Below are positions 1 to 11,551 of a stretch of 64,000 nt of DNA, piece after piece; positions within the stretch are counted from its first letter, which is position 1, and each line of letters opens with the position of its first letter. The notes under the pieces are model-generated. The model searched no databases and was not told the DNA's origin. It worked only from the letters and a program-made list of their open reading frames with translations. The stretch is taken from NCBI GenBank assembly GCA_025558095.1, contig JAIVFI010000009.1:62001-126000 (forward strand). Reading direction: 5' to 3'. Origin of the DNA: Hyaloraphidium curvatum SAG 235-1. Its lineage: Eukaryota; Fungi; Monoblepharomycota. The position numbers and the translations under genes were made by a program.

Positions 1-654
1 CTGCCCCCCGCCCTCGCCGTCTTTCGCGAGATCGACACCTCGCGCCCGCCCGCGACCCCGGAACAGCTCCGCGTGGCATACAAGCACCTCCTCGTCGCAC
101 ACGTCAACGGCGGCGACGTCCCCGGCGCCATGCGGCACTTCCGGCGCATGCGCGAGCGCGGGATCCCCGCCGACCCGTTCTCGTACGCGCTGGCGGCGAG
201 GCACGCGCCCACGCTGGCCGAGGCCCGCGATGCGCTGGCGAGCTACCCTGGCCGGCCCGACGCGCGGATGCTCGAGGCCGGTTTCCTGGCCCATGCGAGG
301 GCCGGGGAGTGGGACGGCGCGTGGGCGTGGTTCGCGCGCGCGCTGAGGGAGCGGCCCGGGGCGAGGATCTGGTCGGCTCTGGCGCGCGGCGTGTTTGGCG
401 ACGCGCAGCACCGCGAGGCCGATGAGTTCGACGGTGATTTGCTCGAGGGGATGGAGGGCGAGGGTGAGCTGACGGACCGCCTCGGGGTACTGGACGCCCT
501 GGGGATGTCCGCGCCCGCGCAGTCCGGGCCGTCGAGGGAAGAGGCAGAGAAGGCGATCGCGGCGGCGGTCGTCGGGATGGAGCGGGCCGGGATCACGAGG
601 GGAGACAGGGAGCGGGCGAGGGAGGAGCTGACGAGGAGATGGTCGAGGCGCTGA
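1..654 (+). CDS. Pentatricopeptide-repeat (PPR)-like protein, 3' portion (5'-truncated by window)
   Basis: Frame open from base 1 to TGA at 652-654. PPR-like helical repeats AYKHLLVAHVNGGDVPGAMRHFRRMRERGIPADPFSY and PDARMLEAGFLAHARAGEWDGAWAWF. Confidence 0.7.
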   Translation: MPPALAVFREIDTSRPPATPEQLRVAYKHLLVAHVNGGDVPGAMRHFRRMRERGIPADPFSYALAARHAPTLAEARDALASYPGRPDARMLEAGFLAHARAGEWDGAWAWFARALRERPGARIWSALARGVFGDAQHREADEFDGDLLEGMEGEGELTDRLGVLDALGMSAPAQSGPSREEAEKAIAAAVVGMERAGITRGDRERAREELTRRWSRR

Positions 655-835
655 GGGCGCTTCGATTTTCGGAAATCTTGGGATCCTTTTGGATCAATGT
701 AGATAGTGCAAAGGCGTTCTAGACCAATGGCGTAGATGTGCGAGAGGATAGCGAACTCTCGGCCACGAGGTCTAATGATAAATTACCATCACTCGTTAAC
801 TCAGCCCGTGTGGGAAGGTGTGGGAAGGACAAAGA

Positions 836-3800
836 CTAGCCCAGACAGAATCCCTACCACGCGGCCTCAACAGCACACCTGCGCCGAAGCAGTTGCTCCC
901 ACGTCGTAGCTCGCCGAGCACGGGTTGCTGCACCCCGATGTCGAACAGTCCATCCCAGAGAAGGAAAACTCCCACGAGAGCGTGCTGGGTACCGGCGCGG
1001 GCAACGTCGAGAGGTCGACCGGGGAGCCGACGGCCAGCGGGAGGTTGCTGAATCCAGGGATGGCAATCCTGGCGTCGTCGAAGAAGGTGATTGTTGCGGA
1101 GGTGAAGCCGCGAGTGGTCGAGACGAGGGTGAAGTGGTTCCAGCCCTGGAACGACTGCGTGCCTGCAGATTCGGTGGTTGACATGCGGCGCGGCCCAGGT
1201 GGCCGAGGTGCACCTACAGCTGCTGTTTGCGAGCACGACCGGTGTATAGCTCGCCGAACCCTGCGGATCGTTCGTGCAGCCCTTTGTCTGGGTGAAGGGG
1301 TTGAAGAGCCAGATAGCGCCGGAGTGAGCGTTCGTCCCTGGGGAAAACAGTCGTTTTCAGGGCCAAGAAGCTACCGGCGGCGAGGAAATTCACAGTAGCA
1401 CGTCGGCGTCTGCTCTCTGATCACGTATGTGCTGTAGGTTGCTGCGGACGGGGCCAGATTGAGCAGTGGCCACACGCCGGTGCACAGTTGGTTAGTGGTC
1501 ATGTCGAAACAGCCCACGCCCGAGTCGTAGGGGAAAAGGTACTTGGTCCCCGTGAAGATTGTTCCCGATGCGACCATGATTTCGAGCCCAGTGTTTCCGG
1601 GGTTGACGGGCCCCGCAACCAGCGTCCCAGCGAAGTCCCAGCAGCGGATCTGGCCGCTGGAGGTGTCAAAAGCGTACGGAAGCTGCTTAACGCCGCCAAT
1701 GCAGATGCCCGCCGGGTTTCCCGCGGATGGGACATATGGGAAAAGGCTCGCCGCCTTGCCTTGATCGGCGTCCACCGTTACGTCCGATGGAACCGCGACG
1801 CGCCCGTCTGTCCCGAAACCCGAGCACATCTGCTTAGTGGCAACATCCCAGCAGAATATGTAGTTCTGGTTGAATATGCTCCCCTGGGGGATCCCGTTCA
1901 AGTAGATGAAGATGCGTCCAGCCGTCTCCTGGATCCACGCCGCATCCTCGAAGATACCGTTGGTAGCTGCGACCACCCAGCCACTCGGGTAAGTGATGGG
2001 GTACGGCGAGCCGGGGCAGGCGGCCTGCGTCGCCGCATCGTAGCACAGCAGCGCGTTGGCGGCCCCGGAGAGGGCCACGTTCCTCTTGACGTTGATGGCG
2101 TAGAACCGCGTTCCCAGGAGAACCCCCCCCGAAGGACCCGTGGGTGCGCCCACTGCGTACCCGGCCTCGCCGGGCGGCGACAATTGCCGGAGCCACTTGA
2201 GCTGCGGCGTGCTGCAGAGCGTTGAACCGACGTCGATGCCCAGGATCCCCGCCCAAACGTCCGCCGCCCCAGCATTGGAGGTGACCCAAACCACGAGCAC
2301 GTTGGGGTCTGTGGGGTCAAAAGCGATGAAGGGCTGCTGCACCGCGCCGATCGAGGAATTGGTGACGAAGGGGTAACCTGGGCACTGCGATCCGTCGGTC
2401 AAGCGCTGTCGGAAGCAACAATTGTGAGAACGGCCTCGCACCACGGGCAGGTAGCGGGCTCACGTGGCAATCCAACCTGAGCGGAGCCTCCTATGGACCG
2501 GACGGATCAGCGGCGCGCAAGGCGGGAAGGAAGGCACCCACGTGGTGAAAGACGTTGAAAACGCGCTCCCGGTCCCGCGAGAAAGCAATGTCCCAACCGT
2601 CCGCTCCAGTGACCAACCCCGTGAACCCGTCGGTGTTCCGTGGCACCACGGCCGTGTCGAAGCGGGTTCCCGGGTTGGGAAGAACGGGGGCGCTGGCGGT
2701 GGGGCACGTCGTCGTGGAGGTGGAGGGAGTTCCCGTCTGCACACCGACGAGTCGGTCAGTGACTGCCAATAGCGCAAAACCAGGCTCTGCGTGGAACGAA
2801 CCGTTGTAATGCTGGTGGACGTTCGGGTCCGCGTCTTGCTGCTGGTCGACGAGGTCTGCGTCCCGCTGGTCGTCGAAGATGTCAAGCTCTCGCTGGTCGT
2901 CGAGGACGTCCGGCTCTTGGTTGTGGTCGCCGAGGTTTGCGTCTCACTGCTGGTCGACGATGTCAAGCTCTCGCTCGTCGTCGAGGACGTCAAGCTCTCG
3001 CTGGTTGTCGAGGAGGTCTGGCTCGCGCTCGTGGTGGACGACGTCAAGCTCTCGCTGGTCGTCGAGGACGTCAGGCTCGCGCTCGTGGTCGACGACGTCT
3101 GCGTGCGCGAGGACTGCGTGCGGGCACTATAAACCAGGACCCTCGTACCTCTCATTTGGGCCGCTTACCGAGGTCTGCGTCATTGTGGGCGGCGTCTGGA
3201 TGGTGCTCGTTTGGCCCGAAGGAACCGTCGGGACCGCCACCGTGGTGCTCGAGCTCGGCGTGAACGTGATCGTGCCGGGCGTCTGAATCGTCGTTGTGTG
3301 ACCGGAGGGCAGCGTCGGCACCGCAACACTCGTGCTCGAGCTCCGCGCAACGGTCGCCGTGGGCGGCGCCTCCAAGGTGCTCGTGGAGCCCGGAGAGGTC
3401 GTCGTATGGCCCGACGGCAAGGTCGGCACTGCCACGGTGGTGCTGGAGCTCGGCGTGAAGGTGATCGTCCCGGGAGTCTGCAAAGTAGACGTCTGGCCCG
3501 AAGGCAGGGTCGGAACGGCGACGGTCGTGCTCGAGCTCGGCGTGAACGTGATCGTGCCGGGCGTCTGAATCGTCGTTGTGTGACCGGAGGGCAGCGTCGG
3601 CACCGCAACACTCGTGCTCGAGCTCCGCGCAACGGTCGCCGTGGGCGGCGCCTCCAAGGTGCTCGTGGAGCCCGGAGAGGTCGTCGTATGGCCCGACGGC
3701 AAGGTCGGCACTGCCACGGTGGTGCTGGAGCTCGGCGTGAAGGTGATCGTCCCGGGAGTCTTCAAAGTAGACGTCTGGCCCGAAGGCAGGGTCGGAACGG

Positions 3801-6800
3801 CGACGGTCGTGCTCGAGCTCGGCGTGAACGTGATCGTGCCGGGCGTCTGAATCGTCGTTGTGTGACCGGAGGGCAGCGTCGGCACCGCAACACTCGTGCT
3901 CGAGCTCCGCGCAACGGTCGCCGTGGGCGGCGCCTCCAAGGTGCTCGTGGAGCCCGGAGAGGTCGTCGTATGGCCCGACGGCAAGGTCGGCACTGCCACG
4001 GTGGTGCTGGAGCTCGGCGTGAAGGTGATCGTCCCGGGAGTCTGCAAAGTAGACGTCTGGCCCGAAGGCAGGGTCGGAACGGCGACGGTCGTGCTCGAGC
4101 TCGGCGTGAACGTGATCGTGCCGGGCGTCTGAATCGTCGTTGTGTGACCGGAGGGCAGCGTCGGCACCGCAACACTCGTGCTCGAGCTCCGCGCAACGGT
4201 CGCCGTGGGCGGCGCCTCCAAGGTGCTGGTGGAGCCCGGAGAGGTCGTCGTATGGCCCGACGGCAAGGTCGGCACTGCCACGGTGGTGCTGGAGCTCGGC
4301 GTGAAGGTGATCGTCCCGGGAGTCTGCAAAGTAGACGTCTGGCCCGAAGGCAGGGTCGGAACGGCGACGGTCGTGCTCGAGCTCGGCGTGAACGTGATCG
4401 TGCCGGGCGTCTGAATCGTCGTTGTGTGACCGGAGGGCAGCGTCGGCACCGCAACACTCGTGCTCGAGCTCCGCGCAACGGTCGCCGTGGGCGGCGCCTC
4501 CAAGGTGCTGGTGGAGCCCGGAGAGGTCGTCGTATGGCCCGACGGCAAGGTCGGCACTGCCACGGTGGTGCTGGAGCTCGGCGTGAAGGTGATCGTCCCG
4601 GGAGTCTGCAAAGTAGACGTCTGGCCCGAAGGCAGGGTCGGAACGGCGACGGTCGTGCTCGAGCTCGGCGTGAAAGTGATCGTGCCGGGCGTCTGAATCG
4701 TCGTTGTGTGACCGGAGGGCAGAGTCGGCACCGCAACACTCGTGCTCGAGCTCCGCGCAACGGTCGCCGTGGGCGGCGCCTCCAGCGTGCTGGTCGAGCC
4801 CCGCGAGGTCGTCGTGTGCCCAGATGGCAACGTCGGCACCGCCACCGTGGTGCTCGAGGTCCCAGTGAAAGTCACCGTCGGCGGCGCGCCCAAGGTGCTG
4901 GTCGACCCGAGAACCTGGCCTGTGGGGATTGCCACGGTCGTGCTCGAGCTGGGGGTGAAGGTGATCGTCCCCGGCGTCTGCACCGTCGAGGTATGCCCCG
5001 ACGGCAGCGTCGGCACCGCGACGGTGCTGCTGGAAGTCTGTGCCTGCGTCGGGGGCGCCTCCAGGGTGGACGTGGATCCGCGCGAGGTCGTCGTGTGCCC
5101 CGAAGGCAACGTCGGCACGGCCACCGTCGTGCTAGAGCTCGGCGTGAAGGTGATCGTCCCGGGCGTCTGAATCGTAGACGTCTGGCCCGAGGGCAGGGTC
5201 GGAATAGCGACCGTGGTGCTCGAACTCGGCGTGAAAGTGATCGTGCCGGGCGTCTGAATCGTCGTCGTGTGCCCGGAAGGCAAGGTCGGCACGGCAACCG
5301 CGGAACTCGTACTCCGCGCCACAGTCGCCGTCGGCGGCGACTTCAGCGTGCTGGTCGACCCCCGCGAGGTCGTCGTGTGGCCAGATGGCAACGTGGGCAC
5401 CGCCACCGTCGTGCTGGAGCTCGGCGTGAAGGTGATCGTCCCCGGGGTCTGCACCGTCGACGTGTGGCCCGAGGGCAGGGTAGGAACGGCGACCGTTGTC
5501 GAGGAGCTCGGGGTCAAAGTGATCGTCCCGGGCGTCTGCAATGTCGTCGTGTGACCAGAGGGTAGAGTAGGCACCACAATGCTCGTGCTCGAGCTCCGCG
5601 GAACGGTCGCCGTCGGCGGCGCCTCAAGCGTGCTGGTCGACCCCCGCGAGGTCGTCGTGTGGCCAGACGGCAACGTGGGCACCGCCACCGTCGTGCTGGA
5701 GCTTGGCGTCAAGGTAATCGTTCCGGGGGTCTGCACGGTGGAGGTGTGGCCCGAGGGCAGGGTGGGAACGGCGACCGTCGTGCTGGAGCTCGGGGTGAAG
5801 GTGACCGTCTCCGGGGCCTGTAGGCTGGTGGTCGTGTGCCCCGAAGGCAACGTCGGAACGGCAACCGTCGTGCTCGAGCTCCGCGAGAAAGTAACGGTCG
5901 CGGGCGCCTCCAGGGTGCTCGACGACCTCACAGAGGTCGTGGTGTGCCCCGACGGGAGGGTTGGCACCGCGACCGTGGTGCTGGAGCTCCTGGTGAAGGT
6001 GACCGTCGGCGGCACCGCGGGGGATGTGTTGCTCTGCCCCGGCGGGACCGTCGGCGTCGGCGGGGCGGTGGTGGTGACGAAGACCAGGCTCGGCGTGTGC
6101 ACGGTCGCCGAGGACGACGTCGCGGTGCGGGAGCGGGTCGAGGTCCCGGGGAGGGAGGGGAAGTCCACGTCGGGCTGCGACTCCGTGGTGAGGGTCACGT
6201 GGATCACGCCGCCGTTCTGGACGACGGTGCCCGGGGGCTGGGTGATCTGGGTGATGGTGTAGTTTCCGGGCCACTGATTCGATTGGGGTGGGGTTCAGGA
6301 GGCGGAAAGCAGCACGTGCGGAGGGGGGACGTTACCAGACGATCAAATGTGTAGGTGCCGTTGGCGTTGGTCCGGACCCGCCTCAGGACCTTATCGCCGT
6401 AGATGTTGGTCCCGTTGATCCGCAGGAAGATCTTCTGCATCGGCTTGTCTCCGGGCACGAAGGTTCCCGTGTTGGTCAGGTCCAGGAACACCACCCCCGT
6501 GATGTTGAGCGGCCCCGGGATGAAGGACGTCGCCGTCCTCGTAACGGTCCGCGTGGTGGTCCGCACCACCGGGACCGTCACGGTTGCGGTCGACCGCGTC
6601 GGGCAGCACGGGGACCAGTAGCTGTGCGATTGCCCGGGGCGGCACGGGGTGCACTGATGCCGGGCAAAGAGGGCGTGGCCATCGCCGGCACCGTCCGGTT
6701 CGCCAGAAAACTCCACGTCTTCGGGCTCGCCCTCGACAAGAGAACGGCGGCGGATGTGGTCCCCGTCCGTGTCGGGCAGCAGGTCCCCGAGCGCGACGTG

Positions 6801-7384
6801 GGGCGCGTCCGCCGCGGGCACCAGGTCCCCGATCGCCACATGCGGTGCGACGGGCTCGGACACCAGGCCGCCGATCTGCAGCGACGACTCGACCTCGACC
6901 TGCAAAGCCCGCCCGACGCCCGGCGTCTTCTTGGCCGCCCTCCGCCGCTTCGTCGATGTGGTCGTGCGCCTCGTCTTTGTGCGGCGCGTCCGCGTGGTCC
7001 GCGTGGAGGTCTGCGCCACCCGCTGGTTCTTCACGCCGACCCTCAGCGGCGCCGATGTCGTCCGCGTGCGCGTGATCGTCGCCGTGACGGTCGTCGGCAC
7101 GCGCGAGTAGACGGTCGCCGGGCGGAAGACGCGCGGGGCGCAGCAGCCTGGAGGGGCGGGTCAGCGGGATCGGCGGGCCCCGGCGATCGCCCACAGTTCT
7201 GCGCGTTGTTGTCGCGGTAGCCGCAGCCCGGACAGCACGTCGGGAACGCTGCTGCCGCGCCGTTGGCGGCCGCCGCGCCCGGCGCCAGGCACACCGCCAG
7301 GAGAGCGCACGCCGCCGCCGCCCACGCCGCCAGCGCCGCCCACGCCGCACGATGGCGCGCTCCCGGCCGTCCTGGGCCGCGCAT
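836..7384 (-). CDS. Giant secreted mucin/adhesin-like protein: signal peptide, Cys-rich segments, SdrD-B-like domain, long Thr/Ser repeats, C-terminal Cys-rich beta-rich (propeller-like) domain; multi-exon
   Basis: ATG at 7384 followed by hydrophobic AAWAALAAWAAAACALLAVCLA. GT-AG introns at 7148-7194 and 6274-6335 restore frame, and further short introns near 3130-3168, 2740-2800 and downstream appear to join ORFs 6204-7100, 3127-6207, 2460-3155, 2491-2769, 1371-2444 and 867-1184. Predicted end SYDGFCLG* (TAG 836-838). The 3' exon boundaries are less certain. Confidence 0.75.
2840..3110 (-). repeat. 27-bp (9-aa, TSSTTSESL) coding tandem repeat
   Basis: Repeated gtcgaggacgtcaagctctcgctg-type units; translation TSSTTSASL TSSTTSESL... 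Confidence 0.9.
3200..4830 (-). repeat. Near-perfect 282-bp (94-aa) coding tandem repeat, about 5.5 copies, continuing as degenerate copies to about 6010
   Basis: Matching antisense ORFs start at 3332, 3614, 3896, 4178, 4460 and 4742 (period 282). Each unit holds three SSST(T/S)VAVPTLPSG(H/Q)T sub-repeats. Confidence 0.95.
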
Positions 7385-8194
7385 AGTGCCGCGGACGCCC
7401 ACGGGACGCGATCGGCGGACGGGAAGGTGAAGAACAAGGTCTGAATCTAGGCTCGCCCCAGCCTCTTGGCCGGCACAATAAAATCACCAGCCACCACCCG
7501 CAACACCGATCTGCACCGATCGCGCTCCGTGGACCGTGATGGAGCCTTCAGTTCCGGCACCGCAATGCTGCGGGCTCCAGCGTAGTCCGTTCGCGGCTCG
7601 GCTGGCGCGGATCCTCGGGCTAGCGGCGCTCCGGGCGTTCGATCCCCCACCTGCGGCCGCCGCACCGCCGCATACGCCCGCCGGCCGACATCCCGCCCGT
7701 GGCGCCTTCCAAGCTGCCGATCCCGGTCCGATGCGGGTCCGCAATGCGTCGGAGGTCGGAGAGCACAGACTCCGACCGCCGATTCCGGGTGCAGCTCCGC
7801 CCGGCGGCGCGGCTATTACGACGCGGCCGCTGTGCGCGCCGACGCGTCCCCCGGACCCACCCCGGTCGGATCGCCACCGGCGCACGCGCGCGGTGTTCCA
7901 TGCCGTGCCGGCCTATTTCACGCCCGATCCTCCCCTCCCGACGCGCGCTCGCCGGTTCGCGGATGCCCGCATTGCACAGCCATAAGCCGGTCCCTGCGCG
8001 CGATCCCAATCTGCGGCTCCTGCCCCCCCGCAAAGGACGATTTCGGGCAACCGATGAATCTGCCTGCGATGCCAATCAGCAGCCAATGCCCAGAGGACAA
8101 CGGAGATCCGCATCGCACAGGGAGCTTGACTAGGTGATAACTTATAGCAACGAATGGGAACAAACAGCAACCGGCGCCCGAACCCGGAGCACTC

Positions 8195-9363
8195 CTACAG
8201 CTTCAGGTCCCCCCTCACGATCAGGTCCTCTACCGTATCCACCACCGTCGCGCCCGCCTTCCTCCACTCCATCCCGAGCTCCTTCTCGGCCCTGGCCGTC
8301 GACAGCCGCCACGGCCCCGCGCCCAGGTGGAACCGGAGAAAGTCCCTGATCCCCGGCTCCATGGTGTACGAAGCGAGCTTCACGAGCGGGGTGGGCAGCC
8401 GGAGGCGGGACCACCTGGCCTTGGGGTAGCGTTCCTTCAGGTACGGGATCATGCGGCGCACGTTCCAGCTCTCCGAAAAGGCGATGTAGCGCCCCGCCGC
8501 GGCGGGGTTCTGCGCGGCCAGCACGTGCAGCAGGGCGACGTCGCGGACGTCCACGATGCCCATGTCCATGTCCATCTGCGTGCGGCGCGGGGGAGCGTCA
8601 GCGCCGGCGATCGTCCGGGCTTGGGAACGGATGCCGCCCACGTACCTGCGGGTAGCTGCCCTTTGCCATGTCGAGGACGGCCTTTCCCGAGTCGCTGACC
8701 GGCCCGCCCACCCTCGGCCCGAGGACAAAGGCAGGGTTGATGCTCGCGCAGCGGATCCCCGGGTTCCTGGCGGCGAAATCGACGACGGCCTTCTCGGCCT
8801 GCACCTTGGACAGGAAGTAGGTCCCCCTTTCGCGCGTCGACTTGGTGTTCCACCTGCCCTCGTCGACGGGGCCGGCGCCGTGGTCCGACGGGCTCTGCCA
8901 CACCGCCGCGACGGAGGAGGTCTGCACGATCACTTTGACCGTGCCCGACTTGCGGCACGCCTCGAGCACGTTTAGCGTGCCCTTGAGCGCGGGCACGAGC
9001 AGCTCGTCGGGGTCCTTGAACGAGGTCGAGACGGGGCTGGCGGTGTGGAAGCACACCGTGACGCCCTCCATGTGCCTGTCGAAGGAGCCGTCGACGAGCA
9101 GGTCCGCCTTGACGAGCTGCAGCCGCTCCGCGGCGCCGGGCAGGGAGGTCAGGTGCTTGGCCTTGGCGGGGTCGCGGACCGAGCCGCGGACCGTATAGCC
9201 GGCGTTCAGGAGGATGGCGACGAGGTGGGAGGCGATGTCTGCCGCGCAAGGGGGGTCAGAAGGGGTGCGGAGGGGCGGAGGAGGCCGAGGGAGACACACA
9301 GCCGGCGGCGCCGGTCACGAAGGCGACCTCGCCCGGGGCGGCGGGTTTCGGCTGCGGGGCCAT
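8195..9363 (-). CDS. NAD(P)-dependent extended SDR (dihydroflavonol/cinnamoyl-CoA reductase, Gre2-like); 2 introns
   Basis: AFVTGAAG|(Y)IASHLV Rossmann motif, VRGSVRDP, FHTASP, TSSVAAV, YFLSK (YxxSK), INPAFVLGP, IVDVRDVALLH. Confidence 0.9.
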
Positions 9364-9911
9364 GTCGGAGCAGGCGGTTTCGGAGCAAAGCTGGAGAAAT
9401 GCTGCGGAGGGCGTTCCATGGCGGCGTTGATATGGGGGAGCGCGGGACGTCGAGGTTCTGCCCGCGGAGTTTTGCCGCCCGCCTGACTTTGGTCAGCGCG
9501 CCGGGCCATGGCGCATAGCGCGGTCGCGCCGTTGACGTCAATTCGCGCAATCCGCTCGCGAAAACCTCCGGGCGCGGAGAAAGATACGCTGGGAGCTACT
9601 CCCGGGCCGGTTTGGGAGCGCTTTGCAGGATAACTTCGGGAAGGCATCCCCTGCCGGCATGGCGCTATGGCCAGCTGGCTTCAACCGTCGATGGCTGCTT
9701 CAATTCCTCGACGTTGCCGTTTGTCCAAATCAAACACCGCAATGGCGAGAGCATGGAGACCGTTTTGCAATGCCGATGCTCGGGCACTTTTCTTGGTGGT
9801 AATGCGGGGATCGGCCGCCTTCCTCCAGGCGACCCGTACAACCGCTCAAGACGTGACCCCTGACGTCTCCCAACGCGACCGCTCCCCGCCGCCAGCGGAA
9901 ATCGCGCTCCA

Positions 9912-11551
9912 ATGGCGGAATTGGAGCACGCCGAACCCGGCGGCCCCGCCAAAGGCGCGCCGGCAGACCTCCTCTCCTTCCTGACCGGAGCCGAGCTCCT
10001 GTGCCTCTTGCCGGCACCCGTGGCTCCCCCCGCCGGAATCGGCGAAGACGACCCCAAGGACCCCGCGGCCGCCGCCCGGAACGAGCGTCCGCTGACCGCC
10101 GAGGCCGTGCGGGAGGCCGTTTCCGCTGCGGGCGACCCCCTGCTTGATTGGTTGACGCGCACTTCGCTCGCGCTGTCGCCCTACGCGTCGCGGGGCAGGC
10201 TGCGGATCACCGCCAGCCACGTCTACACCGTCTGCGTTATCGTGCCCTTTCTCTGGATAGCGGGGGTCCCGCACGGATTCGGCCGGAGGCAGTTGGCCGC
10301 CACGACCGCGGTGGCCGTCCTGGAATGCCTCGCCTATTCTCTTCTCGCCACCAACATCGGTTGGTTACTAGGGCGCCGAAGCGGACCGAAGTCAGCGCCG
10401 CCGAAGGAGCCGGACCCGGAATACGAGGGCCGGGCAAGGAAGGCATCTTTGCCTGCCGGGTTCTTCTCGGCCCCGACGCTCGACACGTGGGCGGAAGCCT
10501 CCTTTTGGCGCTACCTCATGCTCTGCCAATCAACCACGGACGGACTGTTCCTCGAGCACAGCGACCGGGACTGGTCCGACTGCTGCTGCCCGCGCGGCTC
10601 CTGCGCCGGAGCGATCCCGCGGCGCGCCGGCCTGGCCCGCATCGCGGGCATCTGCAGCTTCCTCGCCACCATCTTCTTCTCGTACGTCACGAGGATGTGG
10701 ACCCCGCTCGTCACGCTCGGCGGGCAGCTCTGGACATCCGCCTGGGCGATCGCCGGTGTACTTTGGATCGTGGTTTGGTGCAACAACCAGATCCCCTCGG
10801 CGTTCGGCGGCGTCGGCACGACGGACAACATCCCGGCAAGGGAGCTTGAACAGCGGCTCGCGCATCGCGCGGTGCGCCGTTCGCTCGAAGCCCTAGTTGG
10901 GCGGCTGAGGGACGAGGTGGCCGGGGCCGAGGGGAAGCATCCGGCGGGCTGCGAGAGCTGGTGCGCGGACCTGGTGCCCCTGCTCGCCAGCCGGTGGAAG
11001 CAGGATGTGGTGCTGCCCCAGTGGGCGGTGATGGCGGGGATCTTTTTTGGGACCGAGGCGATCGCAATCATCATCTTCGTGGTGGGTCGCCTCAAAGCCA
11101 TTGAAGGCGCCTCGATTCCGGATTCTCTGACCCCGACTCGCCGTCGCAGACCACAGGCAACTGCCTCCCCCTCTACACCTTCGCGCAGGTCCTCACCGGC
11201 CTCTTCGTCCTCATGTACGCCCTCCTCAACGCCTCCTTCGGCAACGCCCGCATCACCGGCACCGCCGCCCTCCTCCGCTCGGCCTCCCTCTCCCTCGCCC
11301 GCCTCGAGCTGGCCGTACCCGACCCCCATGCACCCCTGGCGAGACGTATCGCGGCGCACCGCGCGGTGCTCGGGGAGCTGCTCGAGGTGCACGTGGAGGG
11401 CGCGGGGGTGAGGCTGTTTGGGACGCGGGTGACGGCGGGGTTGGCGAGGAAGGTGGTGGCGGCAACGGCGACGGCGCTGTTTGCCGTGTGGACCGTGTTC
11501 CGCGCGCTGGGGGTGGTGCTGACGATGGAGCTCGTTTGCCCGGCGGCGTGA
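9912..11551 (+). CDS. Unknown 7-TM membrane protein, paralogue A (gustatory-receptor/DUF3537-like layout); intron 11082-11149
   Basis: The intron joins ORF 9912 in frame to the ORF ending at 11551. About 7 hydrophobic segments, CCCPRGSCAG, GNCLP, C-terminal VRLFGTRVT...FAVWTVFRALGVVLTMELVC. Confidence 0.8.

Noticed and set aside
3200-4830. CRISPR array or satellite interpretation of the 282-bp repeats
   Set aside because: No unique spacers; the repeats are in-frame coding units of a Thr-rich protein in a eukaryotic context.
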